Positions 1 through 12,642 are shown, counted from the first letter of the whole stretch. The stretch: 53,597 nucleotides of DNA, filler included, from Sphacelaria rigidula (GCA_964200075.2; 5 parts of 5 records of this genome joined end to end with filler, not necessarily neighbours in it); one strand, 5' to 3'. Numbers and translations: made by a program. Notes: a model not told the origin generated them from the letters alone.

Positions 1-2263
1 CTAACTCCAAATATTGCCCGGCGCATCCGCCTGCAAACGTTCATGCAGCCTCTAGGCTGGCCCAGCTCGTACTGTTTGGTACTTCCCCAACGGAAGCGAT
101 TTGCGGGTTGAACCTCATTTTATAGCTCAACACAAATTAGGATCGGCTGTTAGTTCAAGTCACGACCTTCAAGATGGGATTTCTTGCTTTCCGCCGCGCT
201 TCTTCGATCGAAACATGGTCAGCGAAGACCCGGTCTTACTAAAAAATCCGTTCGACTCGCCAACAGTGCTCCCGGAAAAAGGGCTTTACTATTGTATCAA
301 AAGAGAGCCAATGAAAACTGCGTGCGCTGTCATCCCGTCCATATCTATTCTAGACGCCAGCCATCACCTCCCTGTGCATGTGGCCACATCATCAGCCGAG
401 GTTACACCCGATGACAGAATTTCATGATATTGAGAGTAGAGGATACGATTGAGAGCGAACAGCAGTCGAGGTGTGAATGAATTGTTTCAGTTCTGAAATG
501 CCCCTCAACGAGGCCCGACATGCTTTCTGTAGAAGATCGTCACCGAGACACTTGATATCCCCGAGTAGGGTGGGGTATCGACGCGTAGCTATATACGCAC
601 ACGCCAGTAATGAGCAGCGAAGAAAGGCACACACGACAAAATAAAGATGTGGCCGAGTTGGAGAGAATGATCAATGCCCCTCACATATGAGCGCTCTACT
701 CTCATCTCGCGAAATCGTTGTTTCACGAGGAGGGAGGGCAACACAAGTGTCTCAAGATATTTTCAATTTCTGTTCATGTACTCCACCTTCCTTGTGTGCC
801 CCCCAAAGTTTTATCGCGATGGGGGTTCAGCGGTCTCTTTATTCCCTCATCGAACGTGAAGTCGAGTTTGTGTACCCATGACATGGTCGATCTCAGCTGT
901 TGAGTATGATGTGAGAAAAAATCTCAAATCGTTTGGCTTCACCAAGATTCCAGCCCACATCCCAATCCTCAAAAGGTTTCGAGGTAAGCGAAATGAGAGC
1001 CACTGGGTCGACAGGTTGTACGAGAAGCCAAACGCATCCATTGATCGACAGATTCATCAATCCTAGGGCTGCATGCTCCTTGCCTCACCCACCACAACTG
1101 TCAAGGATCGCGTGCGTGTCAATTAGAATAATAATGTCATGAGGAAACAAACAACAACGAGCAGATAGAGCAGTTACGATCAAAAACTGACGCCAAAACG
1201 AAGGCCCTCAATCAAGCAATTACCAGTGATGATAAGGTCCCCCCAGGCATGCCCCCTCAACGACAACACATCACTGACCGCGGGTTGAATCTACCCTTGC
1301 TTCGACTAAAAAAAACACGATACGCACAAAAAAACATGGAACACGCACGCACGCACACACAAGCACATAGAATACGTCACATGGCTTTTCCATCGGAACG
1401 TGAGCACCAACGGAATTACAGTGACGTAGTCGATAGGATGCAACTTGCCCCTCCTGTTCCACAACGTCTTCCCAATTGTCCACAACTCCCAGCACATGCA
1501 TGTCAGGTCGGTAACCGACGAAGGAGTCGACCATCACCACATCTCGACGCATAAGCTCTGGCCCAATGAAAACCTCACAGTACCGCAGGTAATCCCCTTT
1601 CCCAGGAAAAGAAACGGAGAAGAAACTTATGATCGCACGAAGCGAGGAATGATTATACTCCCGAGCGTTATTTTCACACAATCCCCTCCGCATAGCCACG
1701 GTACTCGCAGTAGCTGCTCGTGAGTCGTCTTCGTGAGTGAACCAGTGGTGGTATATGGGGAGTAGTGTCAAGCCATTGTCCATGCTTCTCCAACAAGCAG
1801 CTTCAACAGTTCGCCGCCAAAAAAAAAAAAAGCAGGGTGAGCTATCCCGACAAACTTGGGAGGAAAATCCTGCAAATCAACCAACCAAATGACGTCACCC
1901 ACACACGTCCACCTCAACGTCCATCCTCCGGCCGGTCGCGTTTTTCAAACCAGTCAACAACAGCTTGGGGAAAAAGTATGTTTTTTTCCGCTCCATACTT
2001 TCCACCTGGTCCACCCTGCACGCGTCGTTTCCCCTCTCCTTTTCTACCCGTTTCTGTCCCACGATAATTATTCGGCAAACAAGACTCCTCACAGGTCAGA
2101 AAAGCACAACAAAAGAGAGTCCCCTACTCTCCCCTTCCCCTCCTTTCCCCCCCCCGATCACAAGACCCCAACCCTAGTCAAACCTCTCTCACCATCCATC
2201 ATTTCATCAAAATCATCAGAGAGAGGCCATTCCAAAATGCGGCTCCCAACATCCCCCTGCAAC

Positions 2264-2628
2264 TTAGTACCCTCCCATACCGCCAGGCCCCATCATACCT
2301 GGGCCGGGCATACCTCCCATTTGACCCATACCCCCCCCCGCCCATACCCATCATTCCAGGCCCCCCCATAGATGGGTCACCTCCCATGAACCCACCGCCA
2401 CCCCCCATGCCCATTTGCCCAGGCACGTTGTAGGGCGTGTTGGTGAGCAACGCCGGTCCGTTCATCATGCCGGGATCCATCATGACTGCGGCGGCAGCCG
2501 CTGTAGCTTTTGCTGCAGCATCCTCTTCCTTGTCCACCGACACCTTTGTGCGTGCGTCAACGGCTTCCACGCGCTCGTGCAGGTTGCGCAGGTACTGTAT
2601 CATGAACGGCATGACGTAGTCCGTGTAC
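2264..2628 (-). CDS. CHC: Clathrin heavy chain last coding exon ([11 protein letters not shown]...MGGY*)
   Basis: Phase-2 acceptor fits the previous exon. The likely stop TAA at 2266-2264 needs a one-base correction in the G9 run at 2331-2339. As assembled, the frame runs on to 2199. Confidence 0.85.
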
Positions 2629-5600
2629 CTGGGCGGAATACAAGGTAAAAAAAAAAAAAACGAGGACGTGAAGAAGCAAGAATCAAAAGAGCGTAACACT
2701 TCTTTTTTCTTTCTTCTACGCACATCTCGCATCCATCCATGCTGAGCTTTTCTTACAGGTGCGAACGACTCTACCCCCTGTCGAATGACCAGGAAAAACA
2801 CCATATCTACGTAGATTACAGCGTTTCCTGCTTGTTGGGATAATGTAATTTCAATTTTTCGCGGAAAAAAATTGTAATAGCAGATGCTGCGTTGATGCCC
2901 GACGCAATTCGAGGAGCCTTGTCAACCGGAAAATTGTTTTCATTTTTCTTCCAAACTTCTCCAAACGATGGGAATGTTTTTCGACTCTTCTGAAGAATTC
3001 CCGTAGTGTTGTCTTATTTACCTAGTATAAGTCCGTCTTGATAATTAGCCAACTGCCTCACTTGGGACAGCGAGAGCAGGTCATATGTTGAATCGACATC
3101 AATTTCACTGGAAAATAGTGTTTTGAGTCCAGATGGACTACGTTCGCGATATATGAGTTGAAATAAACATCTACTATCCGATTTTCGGTCGACTGTTTCT
3201 TTTCTCGTTAATTTCTGGTGAAAAAAGGCAAGACAAAACAGACCCGCTATCAAATTATCTCCCTGACTCACTTGTTGCGCCAAGCGAGTTCCATCGCCAC
3301 GTCTGGCCGGATTAGGGAATAGCACGTGTACAGCGCGGCGCAGAAGCACTCCTTGTCTCCGATGTTAACAAAGAATGACAGAAGGTCTTCCGCCAGAGAG
3401 CTGTCCCCAGACTCCGCCGCAGTATCGATGGCATCCTGATTGGAGGATGACACAAAGTACAACAAATCCCGACAAGAAAGAAAGGAAATGGAGTATGAGC
3501 ATACGTCGAACAACTCATGAGCTACTGTAGTATCATCTCAGTGTACTGACCCGGATCATAAGCTTGCTCATCTGACGCTTCCCCCCCCCCCCCTCTGATT
3601 TTTTCTTCTATTCTCTTCATGGGTAAACGCGTTACACGTGACGCTTTCACGTGACACATTCGAAAAAACGTAACTTTGGGTCATTTAACGCCGCGCAAGG
3701 TTTGATTTTTTCGATGGGGCGCACGTGACGCAACGTGACGTCACGTGTGGTACTTCGCATCTACCCGAACATGAGCGTTTTAATTTCCTAATGTAACGAA
3801 AATTTTGCATTTTCCCGTAAGTTTGTAACGTGTCACGTGTCACGTTATAAATTCACAAAGAGTTTTTCATTTTTTTTTTTCCGTCTGGAAAATCGAAAGA
3901 GACACTGCTGCAAGGTCCACACCTTATATCATTTTACGTTACATTTGTCCCGTCCAAAAAATCAGACCGTATGTAGCATTAATTGGTCCAAAGTTATGTC
4001 TTTCCCGGTTTTCTCGTTTTTCCAGTTGTGTCCGTGTCACGTGTCACGTGTATATCCCTGATTTTCCCCCCATATTTGCTCCCTCCTGCGCTGGACGCCG
4101 AGTACACGTAGTATCGTAAAGGTTGCGCTTCGGCTTCTCAGATCACGCTGCCACGTATTTTGCGTTATTGGACGACGGACTTGAGGATTCCCTTCGATTT
4201 TTTCGCCCACACCCTGGATGATGACACTAGATTACATCATCAAAAAAGCTTCCACGGCAATTAGACTCACTGGTCGATTCTGTCCGCAGTACACTTTTTG
4301 GCGAAGTGATCTTTTGATTTTTCGTGGTTATCTCAGACAGCTCATGAGTTGTCGAACGAGTGAGTATATGAGTACTTCCCGAATTCATGATTGGTACTTT
4401 CGGTAGGGTACACTTACGGGTACCCGTTAGGTTTAAGTACACAGCACTCCAGGGTATCGCCTTTTAAGATTGCTCAGTCTTTATCGGGATTTTTCTTCTC
4501 TCCAAACCAGCATGACTCCATCCCATCCCGACAAAAACGGTCTGATGACTATGGCATGCATGATGAGTACACCCCATCCCGACAAACCCTTAGTAACCCC
4601 ACCTTATACATCTTGTCTCCCTTACTGAGGGCGACCGACTGTTGGAAGCGGCGATTCTTCTTGTAAACATACGCTGAAATACGCCTGAACTCCAGCAGCT
4701 CGTGCTTCTCGATCCGCTGGGCCAGCGCCACCTTGAAGTATAAACGTGCAAAAAATAATAAATAAGCCCAGCAACGGAGGCGTTTTCACGGGAGGACGTA
4801 CGAAAGGCGAACGGACAGGGTACACACGAGCGGTTCAGCTTCAGCGGGGGATCATCATGGCGCATGGTAGAACACCTCCTCTTGACTTCTTGACCGCGAG
4901 CATGGGTGAATGAGGGTCAATTTCACTCGAAAAATCACCGTTTCGCCTCATGAGTCAACCTCGCGATCGGGGGTCGAAGGTTGGTTCAAGCATAATTCAT
5001 CAGAGGTCCATCGCGGTTTCTTCCATCACGTGGTGCAGGCAGTACACGTGAACGTTTCCTCGAAAATGCCTAGGGTCACCAGGCGTCCAAAGTCGTAGAT
5101 GAAACGCCGTGCCGGGAAAAAGGACGAGAGGCCGACGGGTCGAGGACGATCGGTCGAGGAATGACTCGGGACACAGGCTTTAGCTCATCACAAGGGACTC
5201 TATTCGTGACTGTACTTCTGTACATACGGGACACAGTGGCGATCCGATCACGTTGACCCTCATTTCGTTAACCCACCATAGAAGTCGACCTGTTTTCCGA
5301 GTCAACGAAGCCCATCGAAAATATTTGGGGACAGGCACAAGAAACAACACGCAGCTGAAGTTATTTTCCATTTACACAGTGCATGTATGTATGTATCCCA
5401 TAATTAAATTTTGTTTTGTTCATGTTTTGATTTTTTGGGATACCGACCTGTTTACACTTCACCTCTTGCAACCCTCCCCTCGTTAGTTTCAACCGTTCAT
5501 CACCTGGTCAAAGTTATCGTAATCATCAACAGATTCTCGAAGCTTTTCGTGATCCTCGTCCTCGATATAAAGCTCGCTCAATGCCTCGTTTACAGCCGCC

Positions 5601-5845
5601 ACGTTCTCCTGATCAGACAAAAAGAGGGAGGAAGGTGACGAGAGGAGGGTGGAGGGGTAAAGTTCATAAGCGAAAGGAACGGAACGAAACAGAACAAAAC
5701 CAGAGTGCATAGACTACTCTTATTATCTGGAGTAAAGTGAGAATCCCTCCCCCCCTCCCTTCGAAACATATGTCGACATGCAACCAATCGAAAGATATTA
5801 CCCCCATGGAAACAGAGATATCGGAAAATTTCATATGCATATATG

Positions 5846-5884
<39 letters not shown>

Positions 5885-8800
5885 ATTTGAAAAAAATAAT
5901 AAACCCGAGATATTTTTTCACGATGTCAGGGAAAACTGTATAATAACAAATGCAATATCATCGAAACATGATGATCGCACTTCATTTCATCTTACCACAC
6001 AAGGAAAAAAAGAGGAGGTGCAAAATAATCAGAAAAAAAAACAAAAACGTGCACACCTTCTGCACGGACTTGAGGTAGTCCATGGCGAGCGGAAGGTTCT
6101 CTGCCCTGCGCAGCTGGTGAACCACGCGACTGTGGTCAAGGTTCGGCGTCAGCACCTGCAGTAGCCGTACGAGCTTGAGCGGGTGCTGCTCGAGGTAGAA
6201 GGCGATAGCCTTGTAGTTCACTTCCTGGTTGCGAACCTGCGCCGGAAAAACGCGATGGAAAAAACACGCCAAAAGAGGAGATTTGTTCGACAGAAGCATG
6301 GATGATGACCACAGGCGTAGGGGAGGGAGCGGGTGCACCCTTACACACATTAGAGTCAACATGCGTTAGGTGCGTTTTTAATTCTTCACCTCATCTACAT
6401 CACTATGTATAAATGAATGTCGTATGGACGCAACTCCCACACGAATAGAGCAAGAGAAAGACACTCGACAATACGACAAACGAAGCACACTAGCTGTTGT
6501 TCAGGTTCAGTAGCTCATTTCCCCCCCTTACCTTCTTGACGCAATCTAGGAACAATTCGTGCTGGAAGCAGACGCAGTGCTCGATCATCGTCTTGACAGC
6601 AGAGTCGTACTGTCCGTCCTCCTTGTACAGGTACACGGCTTCGTCCCAGAGCAGAGCTCGCTCGCATGCGCGCAACACCTGGTTTGCACAAAACGATAAA
6701 AAAACAGGAGAAAACATGTCGAGAAAGGATGAGACGAGGAAAAAAAAAGGAGGATAAGCGAGCATTTTTCGTAGACACAAATAGACGTACAAATACAGTA
6801 CGCCCTGGACGACAGATATCAAAGAGTTTCGGAAAACGCTGTTTTGTGCTGTCACAGTGAAAATATTTCAGAATCAGAGTGCAGAATAAAATGAATTACC
6901 TCATCGAAAAAAGTCAGGGAATACCCCATTTGACGGAAGGGGAAATGATTTTTCGTTACAGCAAGACCCTGAAATATTTGCGCTCTGAAATGAAAAAAAA
7001 AGTCTTTTCCGAAACTCTGTTACTGTAAAAAATGTACTATATACAGAGTGAAATCTATTATATGTTGCGATAAGCGCAATAGTCGATACTGTACGCAGTA
7101 CACTTTTTGACTGTGTATTCCATTGTTCAGGGTATGAAATACAGGATTTGATGCATACTGCGCTCAGTGACTGATCGATTTCCGCTGATCAAGTGATTCT
7201 CAATGAAGACGCACGTACGTATCCAGGGTAAGCAAAATGAGTACATTCTTCGGACGAAAGTGAAAAACAGAAAGGATATGAAACGAACACACCAACAGCT
7301 AAGAAGAGCGAAAAATACGAACCTTCGGACAAATTGACTGTCTATAACGAGAGAGTAGCAGCACCGATACAACTCCGCCCAAACCAACACCGACACAAAT
7401 GAACATAGCGCGTGCGTACCGCACACCGACAACAAATCCACGAACAAACCAACCATTTCACACACAAATATATATTGCCTTCTGCAGGGCATACCGGCTG
7501 AGTTTTGGGTGTTGACAGCGAGAGTATAAAACAGGTGTTTCACCGGTGAATACCTATTCGGAACATACCGGAATGTTCCTAGCACATTCCGGTGGGGTCG
7601 AGTAAATACCAACCGAAAATACCATACCCTGGACAAAGAAATACACAGTGAAAAAGTTTACTCCGTACAGTATCGACTATTGCGCCTATTGGAACAGACA
7701 ACAGATTCTAAACTACTGTACGCAGTACGTTTTCGACAACAGAATCTTTTGTCCAGGGTGTGAAGAATACCCCGTTTCGCGTTTACCCTGGAGGACACAT
7801 TGTCAGATGACAGTATCCAATGCCTCCAGTAGTCCGATCGGTCGCCTACGGCCCCGGAACACCTGAGGTTAGCAGTATTTCTTCATCTGTTGTATATCGT
7901 CTGGGAATTTTCATGGCTTCCCATTTTTTCACACCTGACTTTCGGTTTTGACCGTGTGACCACCGAAGGTGTCCCTATCAGATGCCCGCTACGGAGTACT
8001 GAGTATAGATCAAAAAGGGTTTCAACTCGTGGAAGGTGAGTGTAGATCAATAGCTGAATCAACATAAATTTCATCATGCATGATCCAGATGGACTACCTT
8101 CGCGGCCGAAGGCTTCACGCGAAACACAACCCTCCCCCCCCCCACCCCCCCTTCCGCAAATCCATCAACACACCTTGGTAACATTACACCTTGACCAGAA
8201 AATCTTGATATGCTCCATCAGCTTCTCCGGAGCATACTTGGTGTACAGTACCGCTAGCTCCGTGAACACACCGGAGTGCGCCTCCTCCAACCCCAGCCCC
8301 TGCTCCATCAGCTGGATCAGCTCCGTCGGATGCCCCGCCCGCTCGTAGTGCTGAATCAGCTCCTCCACATGGTCGGGGTGCTTGAGGATGTGCAGCCCAC
8401 ACACGCTCGCGAGTCGGAATTCTTCGGCGCGCACGCAAGCGTAGCAGACCTGCCAATATTGGTTGAGAAACACACATCAGCACAACACATGAACCGGCGA
8501 AAATATAAGCAGGGGTTTCTCGAATTCGAAGAATAAATTACCCAATTTCCCTCAATCATGAGTTTGACGAAAAAAAAGCTACCGCTGCTTGCTCTTGCGG
8601 AGAGCTTCGAAAAAACGAAATTGAATATTTTCCCCGGAACGTTCCCCTCCCCTCCCTCCCCGCCTCGCAGACTCTCTCAAGATGTTGACCGATCAGTCAT
8701 CGTGGGCATGAAGAACTGGCAGTCAACGTAACGCCACGCGCTGAAGTATGGCACGTAACACCTGCTTCCGGGTAATGACGGCATTGGTCTTCATCGCAGA

Positions 8801-9981
8801 CTTCAGAACGTGACGAACGAAACGTAAGGAAACAGACTGGAATATGACACACACTACGCTAGCTAGAGCACAACACTCGAAAACAAACCTGCTTCCACGT
8901 GTTGGCGTTGACCTTGGTCGCAGACTCCAAGATAAACAAGACAAGACGTACGAAACACACTGGAATATGACATACGCTACCCTGATCGGAGCATAACAAA
9001 TACACCTGCTTCAAGATATTGTAATGCCCGCGTTGGCCTTGGTCGCAGACTCTGGAACTGAAGAGACGTACGAAACAGACTGGAGTACGACACGCTACGA
9101 TAGTTGGAGCACAACACACACACCTGCTTCCAGGTATTGACGGCATTGGCCTTAGTCGCGGCCTCCACGGCCTCACGGTACTGTCCAAGGTGCACCAGGC
9201 ACAAGGCCAGCTTGGCGTTGTTGTGGATGTTCTTGAACAGCAGGCGGGCAGCCTCGTACATTCCTTCGTCGAAGCAACGTTCTCCGATGCCCTGTCAAGG
9301 ATAACGATAACGACAAATACCGCATGTCGGAACAGCATACAAGCACACAAAAAGATATACAAAAAAATATGAAGCCGTGATAAAAAGAGAAATGAGAAAA
9401 ACCAACACAAAGGGGAACCCCGTGCCGCCTGCAGTTTCCCCTCCCGAAAAGCAGGACCAAAAGCCGCGTCCCACCTATACCATGATTTGGATAGACATAA
9501 AGTGACTCCCTCTCATGACATTGACGATTGTACTTAATGAGGAATCGACCTTACTGCCCGAGGGCATGGTACACTACACAAAAAAAATATCATGGAAGTT
9601 CGGCGAAGATGAGAGGAAAACATCAAAACACCCAAGGAACACCCAAGGAACACCCAAGGAACACCCTAGGAACACACACACACACACACACAGCCATGGA
9701 ACGCGACAGAGTGCTGTCACGTCGGCCGGTAAGAGTACGACAATGCAGGTATGGTCCGCTTAGACTCACGGATAATGACATCAATACACGAAAATACTCA
9801 CCTCGATGTTGGCGACGTTGGGGGCAGCAATAATCTCCTCCAGGTCTCCGAGTGCATTGGTCTTGGCGAGGGAGTAGATCAGCTCGTTCTCGATGATAGC
9901 CTCCTTCACCTCCACGCGTGCCATGCGCAGGTACAGCACCAGCTGCTCGAAGACTCCGTCGCGCTCGGCGGCATTGATCAC
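2264..9981 (-). CDS. CHC: Clathrin heavy chain, 3' part (9 exons; upstream exons lie beyond the contig end)
   Basis: Spliced by hand: join(9981..9802, 9291..9124, 8449..8174, 6678..6532, 6236..6057, 5608..5504, 4731..4603, 3435..3272, 2628..2264). All junctions are GT-AG with compatible phases. The translation follows the clathrin proximal-leg and trimerisation region ([94 protein letters not shown]) and ends in a Gly/Met/Pro tail. Confidence 0.97.
3272..3435 (-). CDS. CHC: Clathrin heavy chain exon (DAIDTAAES...MELAWRN)
   Basis: 164 bp, cag acceptor, gtgagt donor, ends in phase 2. Confidence 0.95.
3618..4060. mobile_element. Non-autonomous TIR element (hAT-like) rich in CACGTGAC motifs, in a clathrin intron
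   Basis: The left end CATGGGTAAACGCGTTACACGTGAC resembles the reverse complement of the right end CAGGGATATACACGTGACACGTGAC. Many internal CACGTG/ACGTGAC motifs. The 8-bp flanks only partly match. Confidence 0.55.
4536..4572 (+). mobile_element. Extreme 5'-truncated copy of the C-tailed SINE
   Basis: GGTCTGATGACTATGGCATGCATGATGAGTACAC flanked by a 14-bp direct repeat CCCATCCCGACAAA (4522-4535 and 4573-4586). Confidence 0.8.
4603..4731 (-). CDS. CHC: Clathrin heavy chain exon ([17 protein letters not shown]...DKMYK)
   Basis: 129 bp, aag acceptor, gt donor. Confidence 0.95.
5504..5608 (-). CDS. CHC: Clathrin heavy chain exon ([10 protein letters not shown]...YDNFDQ)
   Basis: 105 bp, cag/gt boundaries. 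Confidence 0.95.
5848..5880. repeat. (CA)n microsatellite
   Basis: Read directly. Confidence 0.95.
6057..6236 (-). CDS. CHC: Clathrin heavy chain exon ([15 protein letters not shown]...YLKSVQK)
   Basis: 180 bp, cag/gt boundaries. Confidence 0.95.
6532..6678 (-). CDS. CHC: Clathrin heavy chain exon ([18 protein letters not shown]...DCVKK)
   Basis: 147 bp, cag acceptor, gtaag donor. Confidence 0.95.
7042..7720. mobile_element. MITE with ~100-bp imperfect TIRs and TA-CAG...CTG-TA ends (Tc1/mariner-like)
   Basis: 7042-7140 is the inverted counterpart of about 7620-7720 (shared core GCGCAATAGTCGATACTGTACG). Confidence 0.65.
8174..8449 (-). CDS. CHC: Clathrin heavy chain exon ([14 protein letters not shown]...FWSRCNVTK)
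   Basis: 276 bp, cag/gt boundaries; lies within ORF 8165..8473. Confidence 0.96.
8758..9160 (-). repeat. ~120-bp tandem repeat made of the clathrin exon 3' end, the donor site and the intron start (about 3.3 units)
   Basis: ACCTGCTTC recurs at about 8760, 8887, 9004 and 9122. The first three are each followed on the + strand by TCGCAGACT and ACAGACTGGAATATGACA-like blocks. Confidence 0.85.
9124..9291 (-). CDS. CHC: Clathrin heavy chain exon ([10 protein letters not shown]...[10 protein letters not shown])
   Basis: 168 bp, cag/gt boundaries, phase 0-0. Confidence 0.95.
9628..9692. repeat. 11-bp minisatellite (ACACCCAAGGA x4) merging into (AC)n
   Basis: Read directly. Confidence 0.9.
9802..9981 (-). 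CDS. CHC: Clathrin heavy chain exon (VINAAERDG...APNVANIE)
   Basis: 180 bp, cag acceptor, gtgag donor; matches the CHC segment LVKYLQMARK..ETELI.ALAKTN.L..LEE. Confidence 0.95.
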
Positions 9982-10641
9982 CTGCGATTGGGAAGATGAT
10001 AAACAAGAAGGGAGACGGGGGATAGTCGAATAAAGCCGGAAAGTTGAAATCTTAAGCATCGGCCGTATCCTGAATCATGGCCTCAGATACATGTGAAACA
10101 ATACATTTTCGAAAGCAACCCGAAAGAGGAGGGTATTGGAGACAACATGACTCCCTTTTGTTTTTTCCACAAATCTGGAAATGTATAGTTGTTGACGGTA
10201 CTCCTTTTCCCAACTCTTCTCCAAGAGCACGTTGAACATGATCTACTCTTGTGTTTCCCCACATCAGAGACAACAAGCTGTGCTAGTTCATAGACTACAT
10301 CCGACGAAGAGTCGCTTTACGCACCCCAGACCACATACGGTCACTAGTTGCAATAGACAGAGAGGGTATTTCGTAAAGCGTAGCGTATCGCCCTCACTAA
10401 ATCATGTACACAAAAGGAGTGGAGCATGACACACAATACCGCATTAGAAAATGTTGAAATATTTCAGGGAGTGAGCAACACACCCTACATGACCATGTGA
10501 ATAAAAAACTTGCTCTCTCCTCTCTCCAAGAGTCATACTACGATAAGCGCGCGCGTGCGAGGGGGGGGGGGGGGGGGGCCCGGGGTGCCCTTGGGTGGGG
10601 GGGAAGGGGGCGCCACCAAAGGGGAGAGAGGCTCGACAATG

Positions 10642-10741
10642 NNNNNNNNNNNNNNNNNNNNNNNNNNNNNNNNNNNNNNNNNNNNTTAATTAATTAANNN
10701 NNNNNNNNNNNNNNNNNNNNNNNNNNNNNNNNNNNNNNNNN
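10642..10741. other. Artificial contig spacer N44-TTAATTAATTAA-N44
   Basis: The identical 100-nt spacer occurs four times. The 12-mer puts stops in all six frames. Confidence 0.98.
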
Positions 10742-11111
10742 CTGATTCGTCCACACTACTACGTTTCTCAGATGGTTGAGAACATGAATGCCGTGGACGT
10801 ATCAGGTACGAGCAAATTTGATTCCACCGTACGTTTTCGAGTCAAAAACAAGTTGATAAGACACGGCCTAAAACCACCGTGTATGGCAACCTACCCGTAT
10901 TTGTACAAATATGAGAAATTTCAGCCCGTTTCAATCCGATTTTCTCCCGTGAAATGATTTTTCGGACCCCAGTCTGTTGGGCAATGTTTTTCGCCTAGCT
11001 CTGAGGAAACCAGATCAATTCTTCGATTCTCTGGGCGCTGACTTTTGGTTCACCACCTTTCTGCTCAGATCGGGAGACTCCCACATCTCCCTCAACTTGG
11101 GCCCCAGATAA

Positions 11112-11314
11112 CCCTTCAACAGCGAGAGTAGGTCATCTGTTGAATCAGCATCTATTTCACTTGAAGAAAGTGTACATGATCCAGATGGACTAGTACCCTC
11201 GCGATCCAAGGGTGAACCCTTGGACGGTGAGAGGAGGTCATGTGTTGAATCGGCATCAATTTCATCTGAAAAAATTATGCATGACCCAGATGACCTACCC
11301 TCGCGGCCTAACGG
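11112..11314. mobile_element. Two tandem ~100-bp piggyBac-like mini-MITEs
   Basis: Units 11112-11212 and 11217-11314 have CCCTT...CTCGCG..AAGGG-type ends. They are separated and flanked by TTAA-like 4-mers (ATAA, TGAA, TTGA). Same family as 40794-40978, about 3060-3150 and about 8050-8113. Confidence 0.65.
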
Positions 11315-12642
11315 TTGATACATAAAATACCTTCAAAGCATTGAAGTATCATGTAGAGTCGGGCCCATGGTTTTTCCAGGGATAAGAAAGTAGCTGGCCC
11401 TGGGGGTGGTATCCACCGTTTTGTCCTGTCGCCAACAAAAGACAGTGCTCCTGACTATCCTAGGGATACATAGTAACGGCGTCGATGTTTCGAGGATTCC
11501 TCTCATACATACGTTCAGAGACATCATCTACGAGCTGGGTCAGCCTAGACGCGAATTTATAGTTTGCAGGCCCATTCGTCGGCCAATATTTGGAGTTGGA
11601 CCAAGGGGCCTCACAGACTGGAATACGTTATGTGCCGCCCCACTCCATTCCCTCCCCTCCTTCCCATAGGCGGTCGAGAATGAGGAAATCGAAAAGTGGT
11701 GTCCAAAAACCTTTATCTCACTGTTTCTTCGCCAGAAAACGGAATTGGACGGTACCTTCACCACCACGGTGCTGGCCTTAACCCGAGCAGCCCAAAACCG
11801 AGGAGTTTGGACATATCAGTTGTTCTAGCGGCCGTAGGGAAGAGAACTTGGCCGTTGGATGATGACTTCTCAGTCAAGGTGACCGCTGGAAAATGAGTTC
11901 AGGGTATGTGTTGTAGTAGTGAGGCCGCAATACTGGAGAGGGCCGCGTTCTCAAGACTTGAATCCGATGGTGTTCTGTTTGTTGGCTCAGGAAAGTTTAC
12001 CACGAGTTGTATGTGTCTCCTTTGGAACACCAGAGGTACACACTACTACTGTGACTTGACTGTATAATTGCAACCAGCATAAAAATGTTCTGACAGTACT
12101 GCCATGATATCAACCAATTGTAGATGATCCAAGGATGATCGCCTGGTGCCCGCGTAGGCAGTGCCCGCGCTCGGACATTGTGTCGAGGGGCAATCTCTAA
12201 AGGTCGGCATACTGCACAGCGACACAGGTAGAAGCGACAAATGAGAATCTCGCAAAGATGGTGTCGCTAAAAAAAGAAGTCAACAAGTCACAGTTCTTTA
12301 TTCTTATTTCATGCTGGCATAATCTGTTCCAACAAATGCGGGTCTTACAACAACCACGGCTACGTTTCCAGAACTTTTGACAGATTTATGTGTCATGCCG
12401 CATGCTGTCGAGTCGATTATTACGACAGGATGCTGTTCCCACGAGTAATAATATGGACTTGAACGTAGCATACACAACTTGTACACAAGCTTGGCACAAG
12501 CCGGGGAAAGCCGTTCATGTACGTGCTCCACAGTACAGTACCTACTATCGTCATTATCGATATGATCAGACGGTGTATAACATATTCCCGTCTGTAAGAC
12601 CCCTTGGTTGGACCCTAGAATTTGGTATCGACAATAAAATAG

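Noticed and set aside
101-1142. Short ORFs at the window start, and similar ones at 26600-27500, 29700-30165 and 45300-46000
   Set aside because: No motif or splice-consistent structure. Probably old repeat debris that cannot be assigned by eye.
8758-9160. CRISPR-like repeat-spacer array
   Set aside because: Whole units are homologous, with no unique spacers. They derive from the clathrin exon-intron junction.
10686-10697. TTAATTAATTAA as a biological motif
   Set aside because: It is centred in N runs, identical four times, and is a six-frame stop linker.
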